Positions 17,580 to 27,299 of a DNA stretch of 64,000 bases are shown here, piece after piece. How positions within the stretch are numbered: position 1 is the first letter of the stretch; every line of letters begins with the position of its first letter. The stretch lies in contig JAFMKB010000006.1 in assembly GCA_017853205.1 (NCBI GenBank), positions 6,906 through 70,905 of the forward strand, given 5' to 3'. Origin of the DNA: Gammaproteobacteria bacterium (GTDB lineage Bacteria; Pseudomonadota; Gammaproteobacteria; Pseudomonadales; Pseudohongiellaceae). The position numbers and the translations under genes are program-made. A model generated the notes under the pieces. That model worked only from the letters and a program-made list of their open reading frames with translations. It had not been told where the DNA came from and ran no database searches.

Positions 17580-18827
17580 ATGATCGATCTTTCTTTAAAG
17601 GAGACGAGTCGCCCAATGACCGCTCGAATTTTGTCCTTGCTCCCTAACTGTGCTTTCTTTTTCCGATTCGCAATCGTTTCACTCTTCTCGATCGGCAGCG
17701 CCTTCGCCGCGAGCGTAGGCTCTGTACCTGCGCAAGCTGGTATCGAATTACCTCGCACGATGGCATGGTCTGCCTACCCGACAGGCACTGGCGGATACAG
17801 TCAGGCAGTAGCGCTTGGAAATATTTTGCAGAGGACTTATGGCGTTAACCTGCGAGTGATTCCTGGTCGCAATGATGTGTCCCGACTCGCAACTCTGCGA
17901 GCGGGTCGCGTGCATTTCTCTGCCGGCGGCTCTGAGGCAGTCTATGCGCAAGAGGGGATTCTTAACTTTGCCTCAAAAATTTGGGGACCTCAGCCAGTAC
18001 GCGCGCTACTCTCTAACTTTTCCGATAGCTGCTCTTTCACTTTCGCTACTGCCGCGGATGCCAATATCTACGGTGTCGCTGATATCAAAGGCAAGCGAGT
18101 GACATTCGTGCAAGGCGCACCGTCACTCAATAACGCAACGGCTGCCTTACTCTCCTATGCAAACTTGACTTGGGATGACGTGATTCGGGTCGAGGTGGGC
18201 GGCTACAATGCATCTATCGATGCGATTCTTAATAATCGTGCGGACGCCGCTGGCGGCGCCTGCAACTCGCCGCCTTTTTTGCGCGTCGAAGCCTCGCCGC
18301 GAGGATTAAGATTCCCCGCCCTGCCTCATAACGATGCCGAAGCGATTGCACGCGTGCGCCAGCGCCTCCCTTGGTATGTGCCGCACGTTGCTTACGAAGG
18401 GCCGACTCTGCCTGACGAGGGGCTCGAGGTATTCACCTCCGCCTATCCGCTTCTCGTTGGTCTGGATACATCAGAGGAGGCGATGGTGTACAGCACCGTC
18501 AAGATCATGCATCGTCACTATGAAGAATATAAAGACAGTGCGCCTGGTGCGATGGGGTGGACATTCGCGCGGCAGAAGTTGGAACAGGCATTTTTGCCTT
18601 TCCATGAGGGCGCGATTCGGTACTTTAAGGAAAGCGGAGAATGGACTCCCGAAGCCGCCGCTCAGAACGAGAAGAACCTCTATCGACAGGCTGTGCTAAA
18701 ACGGGCCTGGGATGCATTTTTACCCACTGCGCCAGACGACTACGATGACTTCGAAAAGGCGTGGCTCGCCGCTCGCCTGAAAGCGCTCGAAGCAGAGGGA
18801 CTTGTGACGCTTGCCGACAGTCTCTAG
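17580..18827 (+). CDS. TAXI-family TRAP transporter solute-binding protein
   Basis: TAXI-like sequence (TGTGGYSQAVALGNIL). The likely start is the Met at 17616 (MTARILSLL), preceded by AAGGAG, and a signal peptide is present. Confidence 0.8.
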   Translation: MIDLSLKETSRPMTARILSLLPNCAFFFRFAIVSLFSIGSAFAASVGSVPAQAGIELPRTMAWSAYPTGTGGYSQAVALGNILQRTYGVNLRVIPGRNDVSRLATLRAGRVHFSAGGSEAVYAQEGILNFASKIWGPQPVRALLSNFSDSCSFTFATAADANIYGVADIKGKRVTFVQGAPSLNNATAALLSYANLTWDDVIRVEVGGYNASIDAILNNRADAAGGACNSPPFLRVEASPRGLRFPALPHNDAEAIARVRQRLPWYVPHVAYEGPTLPDEGLEVFTSAYPLLVGLDTSEEAMVYSTVKIMHRHYEEYKDSAPGAMGWTFARQKLEQAFLPFHEGAIRYFKESGEWTPEAAAQNEKNLYRQAVLKRAWDAFLPTAPDDYDDFEKAWLAARLKALEAEGLVTLADSL

Positions 18828-18955
18828 CGGCAATTCCTTACATTCTGCGTTGAGTTTCGTAGCTGATAGCGTTCAGTGTCTAATAACGGGTTAACTGTGA
18901 AGAGTTTGGGGTTAAGAGTGAGGAGTATAAGAGTGAACAAAAAAATAGGAGCGAT

Positions 18956-20968
18956 ATGAAACAAGCACCTCAACAGGGCAATTCCTCAGAACTAAGCAGC
19001 GCCATTGCCTTAAAAGCGGATGCGCCCGCACCGAGCATTCGCTATAGGGCCCTTTCTGTTCGTTGGCGTACGGTGATGGCGATACTTACCGGCGCATCTA
19101 TTTTGCTCGCGATTAACCAAGTATTCAATTTAGGCTTTTTCGTTGGTTATGTGCTGCTCGACAGCCGGTACATGTATCTCATCACGGGCGTCATGTTGAG
19201 TATGGTTTTTGTCACATTTCCAGCGACAAAACACAGCCCAACCCATGTGCCCTGGTATGACATAGTTATCATGCTCGTGATTGCTGGCGTGTTTTCATAC
19301 TTTGCCTTCTATGCAGAGCGTATCGTGCTCGAGGCTTGGGAATATGCGGCGCCGCCGATTGGTGTTTGGCTGGCGCTAGTAACATGGGTCATCGTTATGG
19401 AAGCAGGTAGGCGCGCTGGTGGCTGGCCTGTATTTGTGATCGTCGCTATTTTTTCGCTCTACCCGACATTCGCCGACTCACTGCCCGATGTGATGGCCGC
19501 GCTAAGCATTCCCGTGCAAGACGTTGCGATGTTTCATGTGATGGGAGAAGAAAGCCTGTTCGGCATTCCGATGCAGGTATTTGCTCAGCTTGTCTTTGGC
19601 TTTCTAGTGTTTGGAGTTTCGCTGCAATACACCGGAGGCGGCCCCTTTTTCATTAATCTCGCTTTCGCGCTACTTGGGCACAAGCGTGGAGGCCCCGCTA
19701 AGGTATCGATTTTTTCCAGCGGCCTAATGGGGTCAATGAGCGGTGGGCCAATAAGTAACGTGCTCACCACCGGTCCGCTATCGATACCGGCTATGCAGCG
19801 CATCGGCTTCACGCGCGAATATGCCGCTGGCGTGGAGGCGTGCGCCTCGACAGGCGGCGTCTTAATGCCCCCGATTATGGGTGCTACGGCGTTTGTCATG
19901 GCGAGCTTTCTAAACATAAGTTACGTCACAGTTGCGATCGCCGCGATCGTTCCTTCGCTTTTGTATTTTTTTGGACTCTTCATGCAAATCGATGCCCACG
20001 CGGCTCGCGATAACCTGCAAGGCTTGCCGAAAGAGGAGCTGCCTAAGGTAGGCGCTGTATTCCGTGACGGTTGGTATTTTATCGCTGTGTTTGCCGCGCT
20101 AATTTGGATGCTTGTTTTCATGCAACGAGAAGCTGTTGCTCCGTTCTATGCAACTGCGTTGCTACTCGTGATCAACCAGTTCACCAAGCATAGACTCGAT
20201 GTTAATAAGGTACTCGAGTTGGTCGCGACGATGGGAAAACTGTTGGCCGAGCTTGCGGGTATTCTCGCCGCCATTGGCCTCATCATTGGCGGTTTGGCCG
20301 TAACAGGTATTGCCGGCACGATTGCGAACGACCTTGTCTATTTAGCCGGTGACAATGTGCTTGTTCTTTTGCTGATGGGAGCGCTGACGAGTTTTATTTT
20401 GGGTATCGGCATGACGGTTACCGCTGCTTATATCTTCCTAGCCATTGTGTTGGTTCCGGCTTTGACAAACTCGGGACTTGATCCCCTCGCAAGCCATATG
20501 TTTGTTATGTACTGGGGTATGCTTAGTTTTATTACTCCACCCGTTGCGCTGGCAGCCTTTGCTGCGGCCTCTGTCGCACAAGTGTCGCCTATGCGTGCAG
20601 GATTCGAAGCCATGCGACTCGGCGCAATTATTTACTTTGTGCCGTTCTTCTTCGTCTTTAACCCTGCGCTATTATTGCAGGGATCGTGGCTAGAAAATAT
20701 TCAGGCACTGTCGACTGCGCTAGTGGGTGTGGCTTTGGTCTCTGCGGCATTACAGGGCTATTTGATCGGTTTGGGTGACTTGGGCCGCGGCGCGCTAAGT
20801 CTAGTGGTACGGGGTTTTATCGGCGTTGCGGGTATCACTCTGGCACTCCCCGCCGGCGGGTTGTTTGGGATCAGCCAGCTTATTCTGCTTGCGATAGCAG
20901 GGGGATCTCTGGCTCTGGGACTCGGTTTGAGGAAAATAAATTCTGTGACGTTCAATACACGGGCTTAG
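18956..20968 (+). CDS. TRAP transporter fused permease (DctQ/DctM-like, TAXI-type)
   Basis: 670 aa and highly polytopic. The fused small and large TRAP membrane components are typical partners of TAXI receptors. Confidence 0.85.
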   Translation: MKQAPQQGNSSELSSAIALKADAPAPSIRYRALSVRWRTVMAILTGASILLAINQVFNLGFFVGYVLLDSRYMYLITGVMLSMVFVTFPATKHSPTHVPWYDIVIMLVIAGVFSYFAFYAERIVLEAWEYAAPPIGVWLALVTWVIVMEAGRRAGGWPVFVIVAIFSLYPTFADSLPDVMAALSIPVQDVAMFHVMGEESLFGIPMQVFAQLVFGFLVFGVSLQYTGGGPFFINLAFALLGHKRGGPAKVSIFSSGLMGSMSGGPISNVLTTGPLSIPAMQRIGFTREYAAGVEACASTGGVLMPPIMGATAFVMASFLNISYVTVAIAAIVPSLLYFFGLFMQIDAHAARDNLQGLPKEELPKVGAVFRDGWYFIAVFAALIWMLVFMQREAVAPFYATALLLVINQFTKHRLDVNKVLELVATMGKLLAELAGILAAIGLIIGGLAVTGIAGTIANDLVYLAGDNVLVLLLMGALTSFILGIGMTVTAAYIFLAIVLVPALTNSGLDPLASHMFVMYWGMLSFITPPVALAAFAAASVAQVSPMRAGFEAMRLGAIIYFVPFFFVFNPALLLQGSWLENIQALSTALVGVALVSAALQGYLIGLGDLGRGALSLVVRGFIGVAGITLALPAGGLFGISQLILLAIAGGSLALGLGLRKINSVTFNTRA

Positions 20969-21025
20969 TAAGTGCCTGTTTCGTTGAACATCGAACGCTT
21001 GTGAGAATGAAAGGATAGCTGTGTC

Positions 21026-21430
21026 ATGAATAAACTGACGAAAGGCTTTCGAGACCTTGTTGCAGAGGCTGAGAAGGAAATCGAAGTCTTGAGTCCTGGG
21101 CAGGTTCGCTCAGCGCTCGACTCGGCCACTGGCAACTTACTGCTCGTCGATCTGCGAGATATACGGGAGGTGAAAAGAGAAGGGCGCATTGCCGGCTCGT
21201 TACACGTGCCTCGAGGCATGCTCGAATTTTGGGTTGACCCCGAGAGCCCTTACTATCGACGCGAGTTCGAAGAGGTCGATAGTCTAATACTTTACTGTAA
21301 CAAAGGCTGGCGTTCTGCGCTTGCCGCGCAAACGCTAAAAAAAATGGGTGCCGAAGGTGTCGTGCACATGCAGGGCGGCATGGAGGCTTGGAAGAACCAG
21401 GGCGGGGCAATCGAGCAGGTGCCTTCTTGA
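21026..21430 (+). CDS. Rhodanese-domain sulfurtransferase
   Basis: 134 aa with active-site loop YCNKGWRS (Cys-x5-R/S type). Confidence 0.8.
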   Translation: MNKLTKGFRDLVAEAEKEIEVLSPGQVRSALDSATGNLLLVDLRDIREVKREGRIAGSLHVPRGMLEFWVDPESPYYRREFEEVDSLILYCNKGWRSALAAQTLKKMGAEGVVHMQGGMEAWKNQGGAIEQVPS

Positions 21431-21475
21431 TCGCGCAACAGTGAATTGCGCAACAACAAAGAGTGAGCAAAGCCG

Positions 21476-22486
21476 ATGCGAAATCTGTTGAGACGGGTTT
21501 GGGTGCCACCGCGCCTATTCTGCCTGCTGGGTCTTGTTGTATTTGTTATGAATACGGCTCACGCCCAGTCGCACAAAAATTTTCCAGCACTCGAGCTCGT
21601 GGGCTATCAAGCGTTTGCTTTACGAGTGAGCGACATCGAGCAATCGGTTCGGTTCTACAGTGATATGTTTGGCACGGCGCCCGTACGTGATGCTAAGCGG
21701 GCTACCTATTCAGTCGGTCAGGGCAACAGGCATTTTGTCCTCTTGGAGGCTGATGAAGGTGAGTCGCTTGGGTTTGCTTGGATTGGTCTGGGAATTCGCG
21801 ATTTCGATAAAGACGCTGCCAGTGATGTGCTAACGCAGCGTGGTTTTACACTCACCGCGGGACTTAACCAAGCGCCCTTGGATCGCGCTATGCGATTCTG
21901 GATCGACGAAAGCTGGGGGCAAGACGCGCTTTTCTTCGCTGATGCTGAAGGTATCGTGTTTCGCGTGATGTCGATAGAGGATTGCGGTGCTTGTCCTTTT
22001 AAAGCTGCCTCTGAGGGATTGTTTACGGCTCTAGACATCAATCATTTCACCAATTTTGTCGCTAATTACGAGCGGGCAAATCGCTTATTTTTTGAAGGGT
22101 TCGGACTCGGTATACTCGCCTATCAAGGACCAAGTTCACCGACTGTGAGTCTTGGCGATGGGCTGCAGTTTCTGATGTATGTTGGCGGCACTGATAGCGC
22201 TGTCCCTAATGCTGTCGGCCGCACCGATCATGTTAGTCTCAGCGTGGCTGCATTCGATGTCGAAGCTATGCGAGCTCGATTGACGGACTACGGTCTGACA
22301 CCGGTTGAAGGGCAGCGGCCGCCGCGTCCGCTAACGCATTGGGTGAGCCTGCGACTGCCTAACAGGGGCGGCGCAGAGGGTGGGACGCCGGAAGTCTATT
22401 TCAGCGATCCCGATGGTCTTGCCATTCAGATACAAGATGCCGGCTATTGTGGAGGCGGTGGCTATCTCGGTGATCAATGCGACTAA
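21476..22486 (+). CDS. Exported two-domain VOC (glyoxalase/bleomycin-resistance/dioxygenase) family protein
   Basis: Signal peptide (..VMNTAHAQS). Two VOC-like halves (FALRVSDIEQSVRFYSDMFG; DHVSLSVAAFDVEAMRARL). Confidence 0.6.
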   Translation: MRNLLRRVWVPPRLFCLLGLVVFVMNTAHAQSHKNFPALELVGYQAFALRVSDIEQSVRFYSDMFGTAPVRDAKRATYSVGQGNRHFVLLEADEGESLGFAWIGLGIRDFDKDAASDVLTQRGFTLTAGLNQAPLDRAMRFWIDESWGQDALFFADAEGIVFRVMSIEDCGACPFKAASEGLFTALDINHFTNFVANYERANRLFFEGFGLGILAYQGPSSPTVSLGDGLQFLMYVGGTDSAVPNAVGRTDHVSLSVAAFDVEAMRARLTDYGLTPVEGQRPPRPLTHWVSLRLPNRGGAEGGTPEVYFSDPDGLAIQIQDAGYCGGGGYLGDQCD

Positions 22487-22534
22487 TGCGTCGGCGTCGC
22501 GACTAAATTTATACAAGAGAATAAGGACGACACT

Positions 22535-23554
22535 ATGGAATACCGTTATATCGGCAAGAGTGGCCTTCGCGTCACCCCTATCTGCATGGGGACAATGAGC
22601 TTTGGCAGTTGGAGTGACAAGAAAGAGTCATTTAAAATTCTCGACACGGCGTTCGATCGTGGAATCAATTTTTTCGACACCGCCGAGGTCTACCCCGTGC
22701 CGCCGAATGCGGAAACCGTTGGTGTTACCGAGAAGATATTTGGGGAATGGATCCAAACTAAACCGCGCGACTCGCTGATTATTGCGACCAAGGTTGCTGG
22801 TGCGGCAGCGGGATGGTTTGTGCCACCGGTTCGACATGGAATGACCGCCATCGATCGGTTTCATATCGAGACGGCAATCGAAGGCAGTTTGCGTCGGCTC
22901 GGCACCGATTATATCGATCTTTATCAAGTGCATTGGCCAGATCCGATCGTGCCGATTGAAGAGTCGATGGACGCACTTGATCGTCTAGTTCAGGCCGGGA
23001 AGGTTCGGTATCTCGGCACTTCGAACGAGACTACCTACGGACTCACTAAGGCGAACACGATTGCGTCTTATGAGGGGTATGCCAAATTCCAATCGATCCA
23101 GAATAATTTCTCATTGCTACACCGACGTTTCTTGGATGAATTAGCCGATGCGTGTCGCAAAGAAAACGTCTCGTTGTTGCCCTATTCGCCGATCGGCGGC
23201 GGGGTGCTTAGTGGTAAATATAATGTGCCTGAGGTACCAAAAGGCTGTCGCTTCGGTGATTATCATTATCACGACAATCCCCGTCAGCGTGCGATGGCAG
23301 ACAGGTTCGTCAATGAGGGTACGCTTGCGGCTACAGCCAAATATCTCGAGATAGCGAAAGAGGCAGGCATGTCACCAGTCACGCTTGCAACAGCTTGGAG
23401 CATGAATTTCGATTTTGTCGCCTCGACGATTATCGGTGCACGCACGGCGGCGCAACTCGAGGAGTCTCTCGCGGCGCTCGACGTGACATTATCGGACGAA
23501 GTGATGAGACAGTGCGATGAAGTGCACAAACTTATTCCTTATCCGATGGGGTGA
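22535..23554 (+). CDS. Aldo/keto reductase (Tas-like, NADP-dependent)
   Basis: MEYRYIGKSGLRVTPICMGTMSFG N-terminus. AKR motifs (FFDTAEVY, YLGTSNE). Confidence 0.9.
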   Translation: MEYRYIGKSGLRVTPICMGTMSFGSWSDKKESFKILDTAFDRGINFFDTAEVYPVPPNAETVGVTEKIFGEWIQTKPRDSLIIATKVAGAAAGWFVPPVRHGMTAIDRFHIETAIEGSLRRLGTDYIDLYQVHWPDPIVPIEESMDALDRLVQAGKVRYLGTSNETTYGLTKANTIASYEGYAKFQSIQNNFSLLHRRFLDELADACRKENVSLLPYSPIGGGVLSGKYNVPEVPKGCRFGDYHYHDNPRQRAMADRFVNEGTLAATAKYLEIAKEAGMSPVTLATAWSMNFDFVASTIIGARTAAQLEESLAALDVTLSDEVMRQCDEVHKLIPYPMG

Positions 23555-23560
23555 CGTTCA

Positions 23561-24370
23561 GTGAGGCAGCTCGCGCTTCTCTTTTTTGTTCTAAGCAGTG
23601 GCCTTGCTGCCGAAGATATAGAGCCCATAATCGTCCATTGCCTGGATGGCTCGTGTCCCGTTTGGCATGGCGATGACGCGGAAGACGAAATTGTCGTACG
23701 CCAGCTTTTCGCGTCTCAGGTTGACTCTATGGGCGACGGGCAGCTGCCACGCTGGGTCGCCTACCGCGTTTTAGGCGAGGGCATTGGAGTCGCGTCTCTT
23801 CTCCCTCGCGAGTGGGTGGCCGAATCGTTGCTAGCGAGTTCCAGTGAACAGCAACTCGCCGCCAATGCGCAGATGAGGCTGCAGCAGCCGGATCTAACTG
23901 ATTCTCAAGATCGCGACTACCGCCTCACCGAGGTCACGCTGCTTGCAGCCGAACAGGGAAGGCTCGCGCCGATGACGAGTTTTTCCGCAACGCCGTTTTG
24001 GGACGAGTTAAACCTTCTGTCGAATAGGGCTCGGTTGCCTAGCGATTTAAGACAGGGGCCATGGTCTCTGTTAGATCAGACACTAAACGAACTTGCAGCG
24101 CGGCAGTTAGTTAGTCCAGATGGACGCAGCGCGGCGATTTTTGTGGTGTCCGGACCACTGCCCGCGACGGAGTCTGAAGAGGAAGGTTTTTTCAAAATTG
24201 CTGTCCTAGACGGGCGCTACGCGGCCTTCGCCTTCCCATCGTCAACGCAAAGTCATAGACACTTTTGCGCGTCGCTCACATCGCTCGCGGAGATCGAAAG
24301 TCGCGCGCAGCTTACTGTGTTTGAGAATCAACAAGTAGCGCCGGGCCTAGCGCTCGGCTGTGTGGAATAA
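23561..24370 (+). CDS. Secreted homologue of Serratia-type DNA/RNA non-specific endonuclease with a degenerate active site
   Basis: Signal peptide. Aligns along its length with Serratia nuclease (RWVAYRV; LNLLSN..LRQGPWSLLDQ; FVVSGPL; YAAFAFP). The DRGH catalytic motif is replaced by EQGR (nt 23951-23962). Confidence 0.65.
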   Translation: MRQLALLFFVLSSGLAAEDIEPIIVHCLDGSCPVWHGDDAEDEIVVRQLFASQVDSMGDGQLPRWVAYRVLGEGIGVASLLPREWVAESLLASSSEQQLAANAQMRLQQPDLTDSQDRDYRLTEVTLLAAEQGRLAPMTSFSATPFWDELNLLSNRARLPSDLRQGPWSLLDQTLNELAARQLVSPDGRSAAIFVVSGPLPATESEEEGFFKIAVLDGRYAAFAFPSSTQSHRHFCASLTSLAEIESRAQLTVFENQQVAPGLALGCVE

Positions 24371-25061
24371 ATTAATGGAATATATCTTTTCGCCTCCACC
24401 CCAAGTCTCTATTCCCGTTGTGGGCTTAGCAGCACGTTTTCCTGTACACCGCGTTTATTGCGTAGGCCGCAACTATGCCGATCACGTTGCCGAAATGGGT
24501 GGTGACCCTAAGTCCGAGCCTCCTGTCTTTTTCTCAAAGCCCGCGTCGGCACTCGTGACAGACGGCGACCCAGTGCGGTATCCGCAGGCCACAACCGACC
24601 TGCATCATGAGGTCGAGTTAGTCGTAGCGCTCGCAGACGGTGGGCGTGACTTATCGATAGCAGAGGCTGCTGCCTGTATCTTTGGTTATGGAGTTGGTAT
24701 CGACTTTACCCGGCGAGATTTACAAGCAATTGCTAAAAAGCACGGTCGTCCATGGGATACGGCGAAAGGCTTTGATCAGTCAGCGCCTCTTTCGGCGCTT
24801 ACATCCAAGACGGATTTCGCGCCGTCGACCGATACCGTCATCAGTCTTTCCGTAAACGGTGAGTCGCGGCAATCGGCAACGCTTGGGCAAATGATTTGGC
24901 ATGTTGCTGAGATAATTCAGCAGCTGTCGATGCTGTTTGAGCTAAAGGCCGGTGACATAATCTATACTGGCACGCCGGCCGGTGTCGCGGCGGTGGTAAA
25001 AGGCGATAAGTTGTGTGCGGAAATTAGCGGACTGAGCATACTTGATTTTGAAATAATCTAA
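24360..25061 (+). CDS. Fumarylacetoacetate hydrolase (FAH) family protein
   Basis: YCVGRNYADH, HHEVELVV and IYTGTPAGV motifs. The start is probably the Met at 24375 (MEYIFSPP). Confidence 0.85.
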   Translation: MWNKLMEYIFSPPPQVSIPVVGLAARFPVHRVYCVGRNYADHVAEMGGDPKSEPPVFFSKPASALVTDGDPVRYPQATTDLHHEVELVVALADGGRDLSIAEAAACIFGYGVGIDFTRRDLQAIAKKHGRPWDTAKGFDQSAPLSALTSKTDFAPSTDTVISLSVNGESRQSATLGQMIWHVAEIIQQLSMLFELKAGDIIYTGTPAGVAAVVKGDKLCAEISGLSILDFEII

Positions 25062-25074
25062 CCGCGGAGATCGC

Positions 25075-26868
25075 ATGCTCGACGCCGAAACGCTCGATCA
25101 ATTACAACTCATGTTCGTGTTGGTCGGATTGCTAATTCTCCTGGTATGGGGGCGTTGGCGCTATGATGTGGTTGCTCTCGGTGCGCTTTTTACTGCCGCT
25201 CTGTTCGGTTTGGTACCACAATCGGAGTTGTTCGCAGGCTTCGGTAACCCAGCGACGATCACTGTTGTTCTCGTACTCATCGTGAGCTTCGGGCTGTCCC
25301 GCTCTGGTGCTGTCGAATTTGTGACTAGCGCGATTGAGCCCTTGTCATCGCGACCCTCTCTCCATATCGCGGTGCTGTCGTTTATCGCCGCGTTTCTCTC
25401 TATGTTCATGAACAACGTCGGTGCACTCGCGCTGCTAATGCCAATCGCTATTCAATCGACCAATAAGGCCGGGCGGTCCCCAGCGAGTGTGCTTATGCCG
25501 CTATCGTTCGGGTCTATATTGGGCGGGCTTGTAACTCTTATAGGAACGCCGCCGAACATACTTATTGCAAACTACCGTGAAGAGGTTTCGGGGCAAGCGT
25601 TTGCTATGTTCGATTTTGCGCCGGTCGGCGGCGGGGTGGCAGTTGCAGGTATTTTATTTATGCTCGTGTTTGGCTCAAAGCTCGTGAGAATAAGAAAACA
25701 AGCCGCCGGCAGTGAAGGTTTTGATATAGAGCGCTATTTATTCGAAGCGAAGGTTGCTGACGACAGTGATTTTATTGGCCAGCCTGTCGGCGAATTAAAA
25801 GACGCACTAGAGGCGCAGAAGATGGATCTCGTTACTCTGCAGAGCAGACGACAGGTTTCGCCCGTTGTGAATAGGCAGCAACTGCTGAGAGTGGGCGATA
25901 TTCTCGTGCTACAGGGGTCGCAGGAAGATATCGACAGCTTTACCACAGAACATAAATTTGCGTTAGTGAGTGCCGAAAATTCGACGCGTGAACTGCTGCA
26001 CTCGGCTGACTCCCAAATGTTAGAAATAGTGGTTACACCGCGATCACCTCTCGTGGGTCGAACGCCTGCCGAGGTTAGGTTTAATCGTCGCTATGGAATT
26101 AATTTGCTCGCAGCGTCTCGGTCGGGGACACCCCATCGCAGCCGACTGCGCGATTTTGCCATTCGTGTTGGCGATGTGCTGTTGCTGCACGGTGAGGAAG
26201 AGGCGCTGGAAGAGGCTATCGCAAAACTCGCATGCTATCCGCTTGCCACGCGCTCGCTAGATCTCAAACGCGGTGAGAACTCCTTGCCAGCATTAATTAT
26301 CTTCGTCACGGCGATCGTCGCGACCGCAGTGGGCCTTATGTCGATTCAGCTCGCGCTTGGACTTGCCTGTGTCGCTATGGCGCTACGTTCTATCGTCCCC
26401 GTGAGAGAACTCTATGACGGTGTGGAATGGCCTGTGGTGGTTCTTTTAGGTGCGCTAATCCCGTTAGGGAACGCGCTCGAAACTACGGGTGCGACTCAGG
26501 TCATGGTCGGCGGAATTTTGGGGGTGGCAGGGGAGTATTCGCCGGTCATACTGTTGACGCTCATCCTCGTTGTCACAATGACGGTGTCAGATGTCCTTAA
26601 TAACGCAGCGACCGCAATTTTAATGGCGCCGATTGCCTACAATATTGCAACGACACTGGGCCTCAATCCCGACACTTTTTTGATGGCTGTGGCGGTAGGT
26701 GCATCGTGTGCATTTTTGACGCCCATCGGGCATCAGAACAATGCGTTAATTATGGGACCTGGCGGATATGAGTTCGGTGACTATTGGCGCGTCGGATTAC
26801 CACTTGAAGTGGTAATCGTCGCGGCAGCTATACCTTTGTTGCTTCTGGCTTGGCCTCTGGCGGGCTAG
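25075..26868 (+). CDS. SLC13/DASS-type permease with two central TrkA-C domains
   Basis: 597 aa with membrane domains at both ends. Two TrkA_C-like segments lie in the middle (..IGQPVGELK..VGDILVLQG..; ..LVGRTPAEV..VGDVLLLHG..). Confidence 0.8.
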   Translation: MLDAETLDQLQLMFVLVGLLILLVWGRWRYDVVALGALFTAALFGLVPQSELFAGFGNPATITVVLVLIVSFGLSRSGAVEFVTSAIEPLSSRPSLHIAVLSFIAAFLSMFMNNVGALALLMPIAIQSTNKAGRSPASVLMPLSFGSILGGLVTLIGTPPNILIANYREEVSGQAFAMFDFAPVGGGVAVAGILFMLVFGSKLVRIRKQAAGSEGFDIERYLFEAKVADDSDFIGQPVGELKDALEAQKMDLVTLQSRRQVSPVVNRQQLLRVGDILVLQGSQEDIDSFTTEHKFALVSAENSTRELLHSADSQMLEIVVTPRSPLVGRTPAEVRFNRRYGINLLAASRSGTPHRSRLRDFAIRVGDVLLLHGEEEALEEAIAKLACYPLATRSLDLKRGENSLPALIIFVTAIVATAVGLMSIQLALGLACVAMALRSIVPVRELYDGVEWPVVVLLGALIPLGNALETTGATQVMVGGILGVAGEYSPVILLTLILVVTMTVSDVLNNAATAILMAPIAYNIATTLGLNPDTFLMAVAVGASCAFLTPIGHQNNALIMGPGGYEFGDYWRVGLPLEVVIVAAAIPLLLLAWPLAG

Positions 26869-27122
26869 CCTAATCGGCCTAATGGCTCGTCAAAATCATC
26901 GTCGAAGTCGAAGTCATCGTCAAAATCAAATGCCTCACGCAGGCGCTTGCTTTCGAGTCGGTCCTCTATCTTGCGCCTGAGATCAGTCACCCCGGGTTTA
27001 AGTTTTTTAGTCGAAAGCGTCGCGTCAGAATCCTCATCGACCTCTAATTCGGCGCTTTCATCGGTAGAGTCAAAAGACTCAACTTCGTCGTCGGCCTCGC
27101 TGTCCCACTCTTCTTCTTTCAT
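26865..27122 (-). CDS. Small highly acidic protein (possibly PA3496-like family)
   Basis: 85 aa rich in D/E, with a basic RRKIEDRLESKRLRE core and a DFDFDDDFDE tail. Its 3' end overlaps the convergent permease gene by 4 nt. The family call is from memory only. Confidence 0.45.
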   Translation of the reverse strand: MKEEEWDSEADDEVESFDSTDESAELEVDEDSDATLSTKKLKPGVTDLRRKIEDRLESKRLREAFDFDDDFDFDDDFDEPLGRLG

Positions 27123-27299
27123 GGCACCCTCACAATCAAAAGTTTGACTTAAAGTGAACGCTTCACTACTACTATTACTATCGTCTTGGTATACGCTTCT
27201 CTGAAGTCTCTGGGATCAAAGTGGTGTACCAATTTCGGCGGATTCTAATCAAGCTTTGAGTGGCAGTCGAGTATTATTTTGGATCTTTTTTAGAGTCGA

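Noticed and set aside
17435-17758. 107-aa minus-strand ORF containing KVPKKVPKKVPK
   Set aside because: The peptide repeat is just the translation of the 12-bp DNA tandem repeat. The ORF begins inside the TAXI solute-binding gene and spans a promoter region.
21024-21509. 161-aa minus-strand ORF
   Set aside because: Antisense to the rhodanese gene, which has a clear active-site loop. The composition is Cys/Arg/Pro-rich and non-protein-like.
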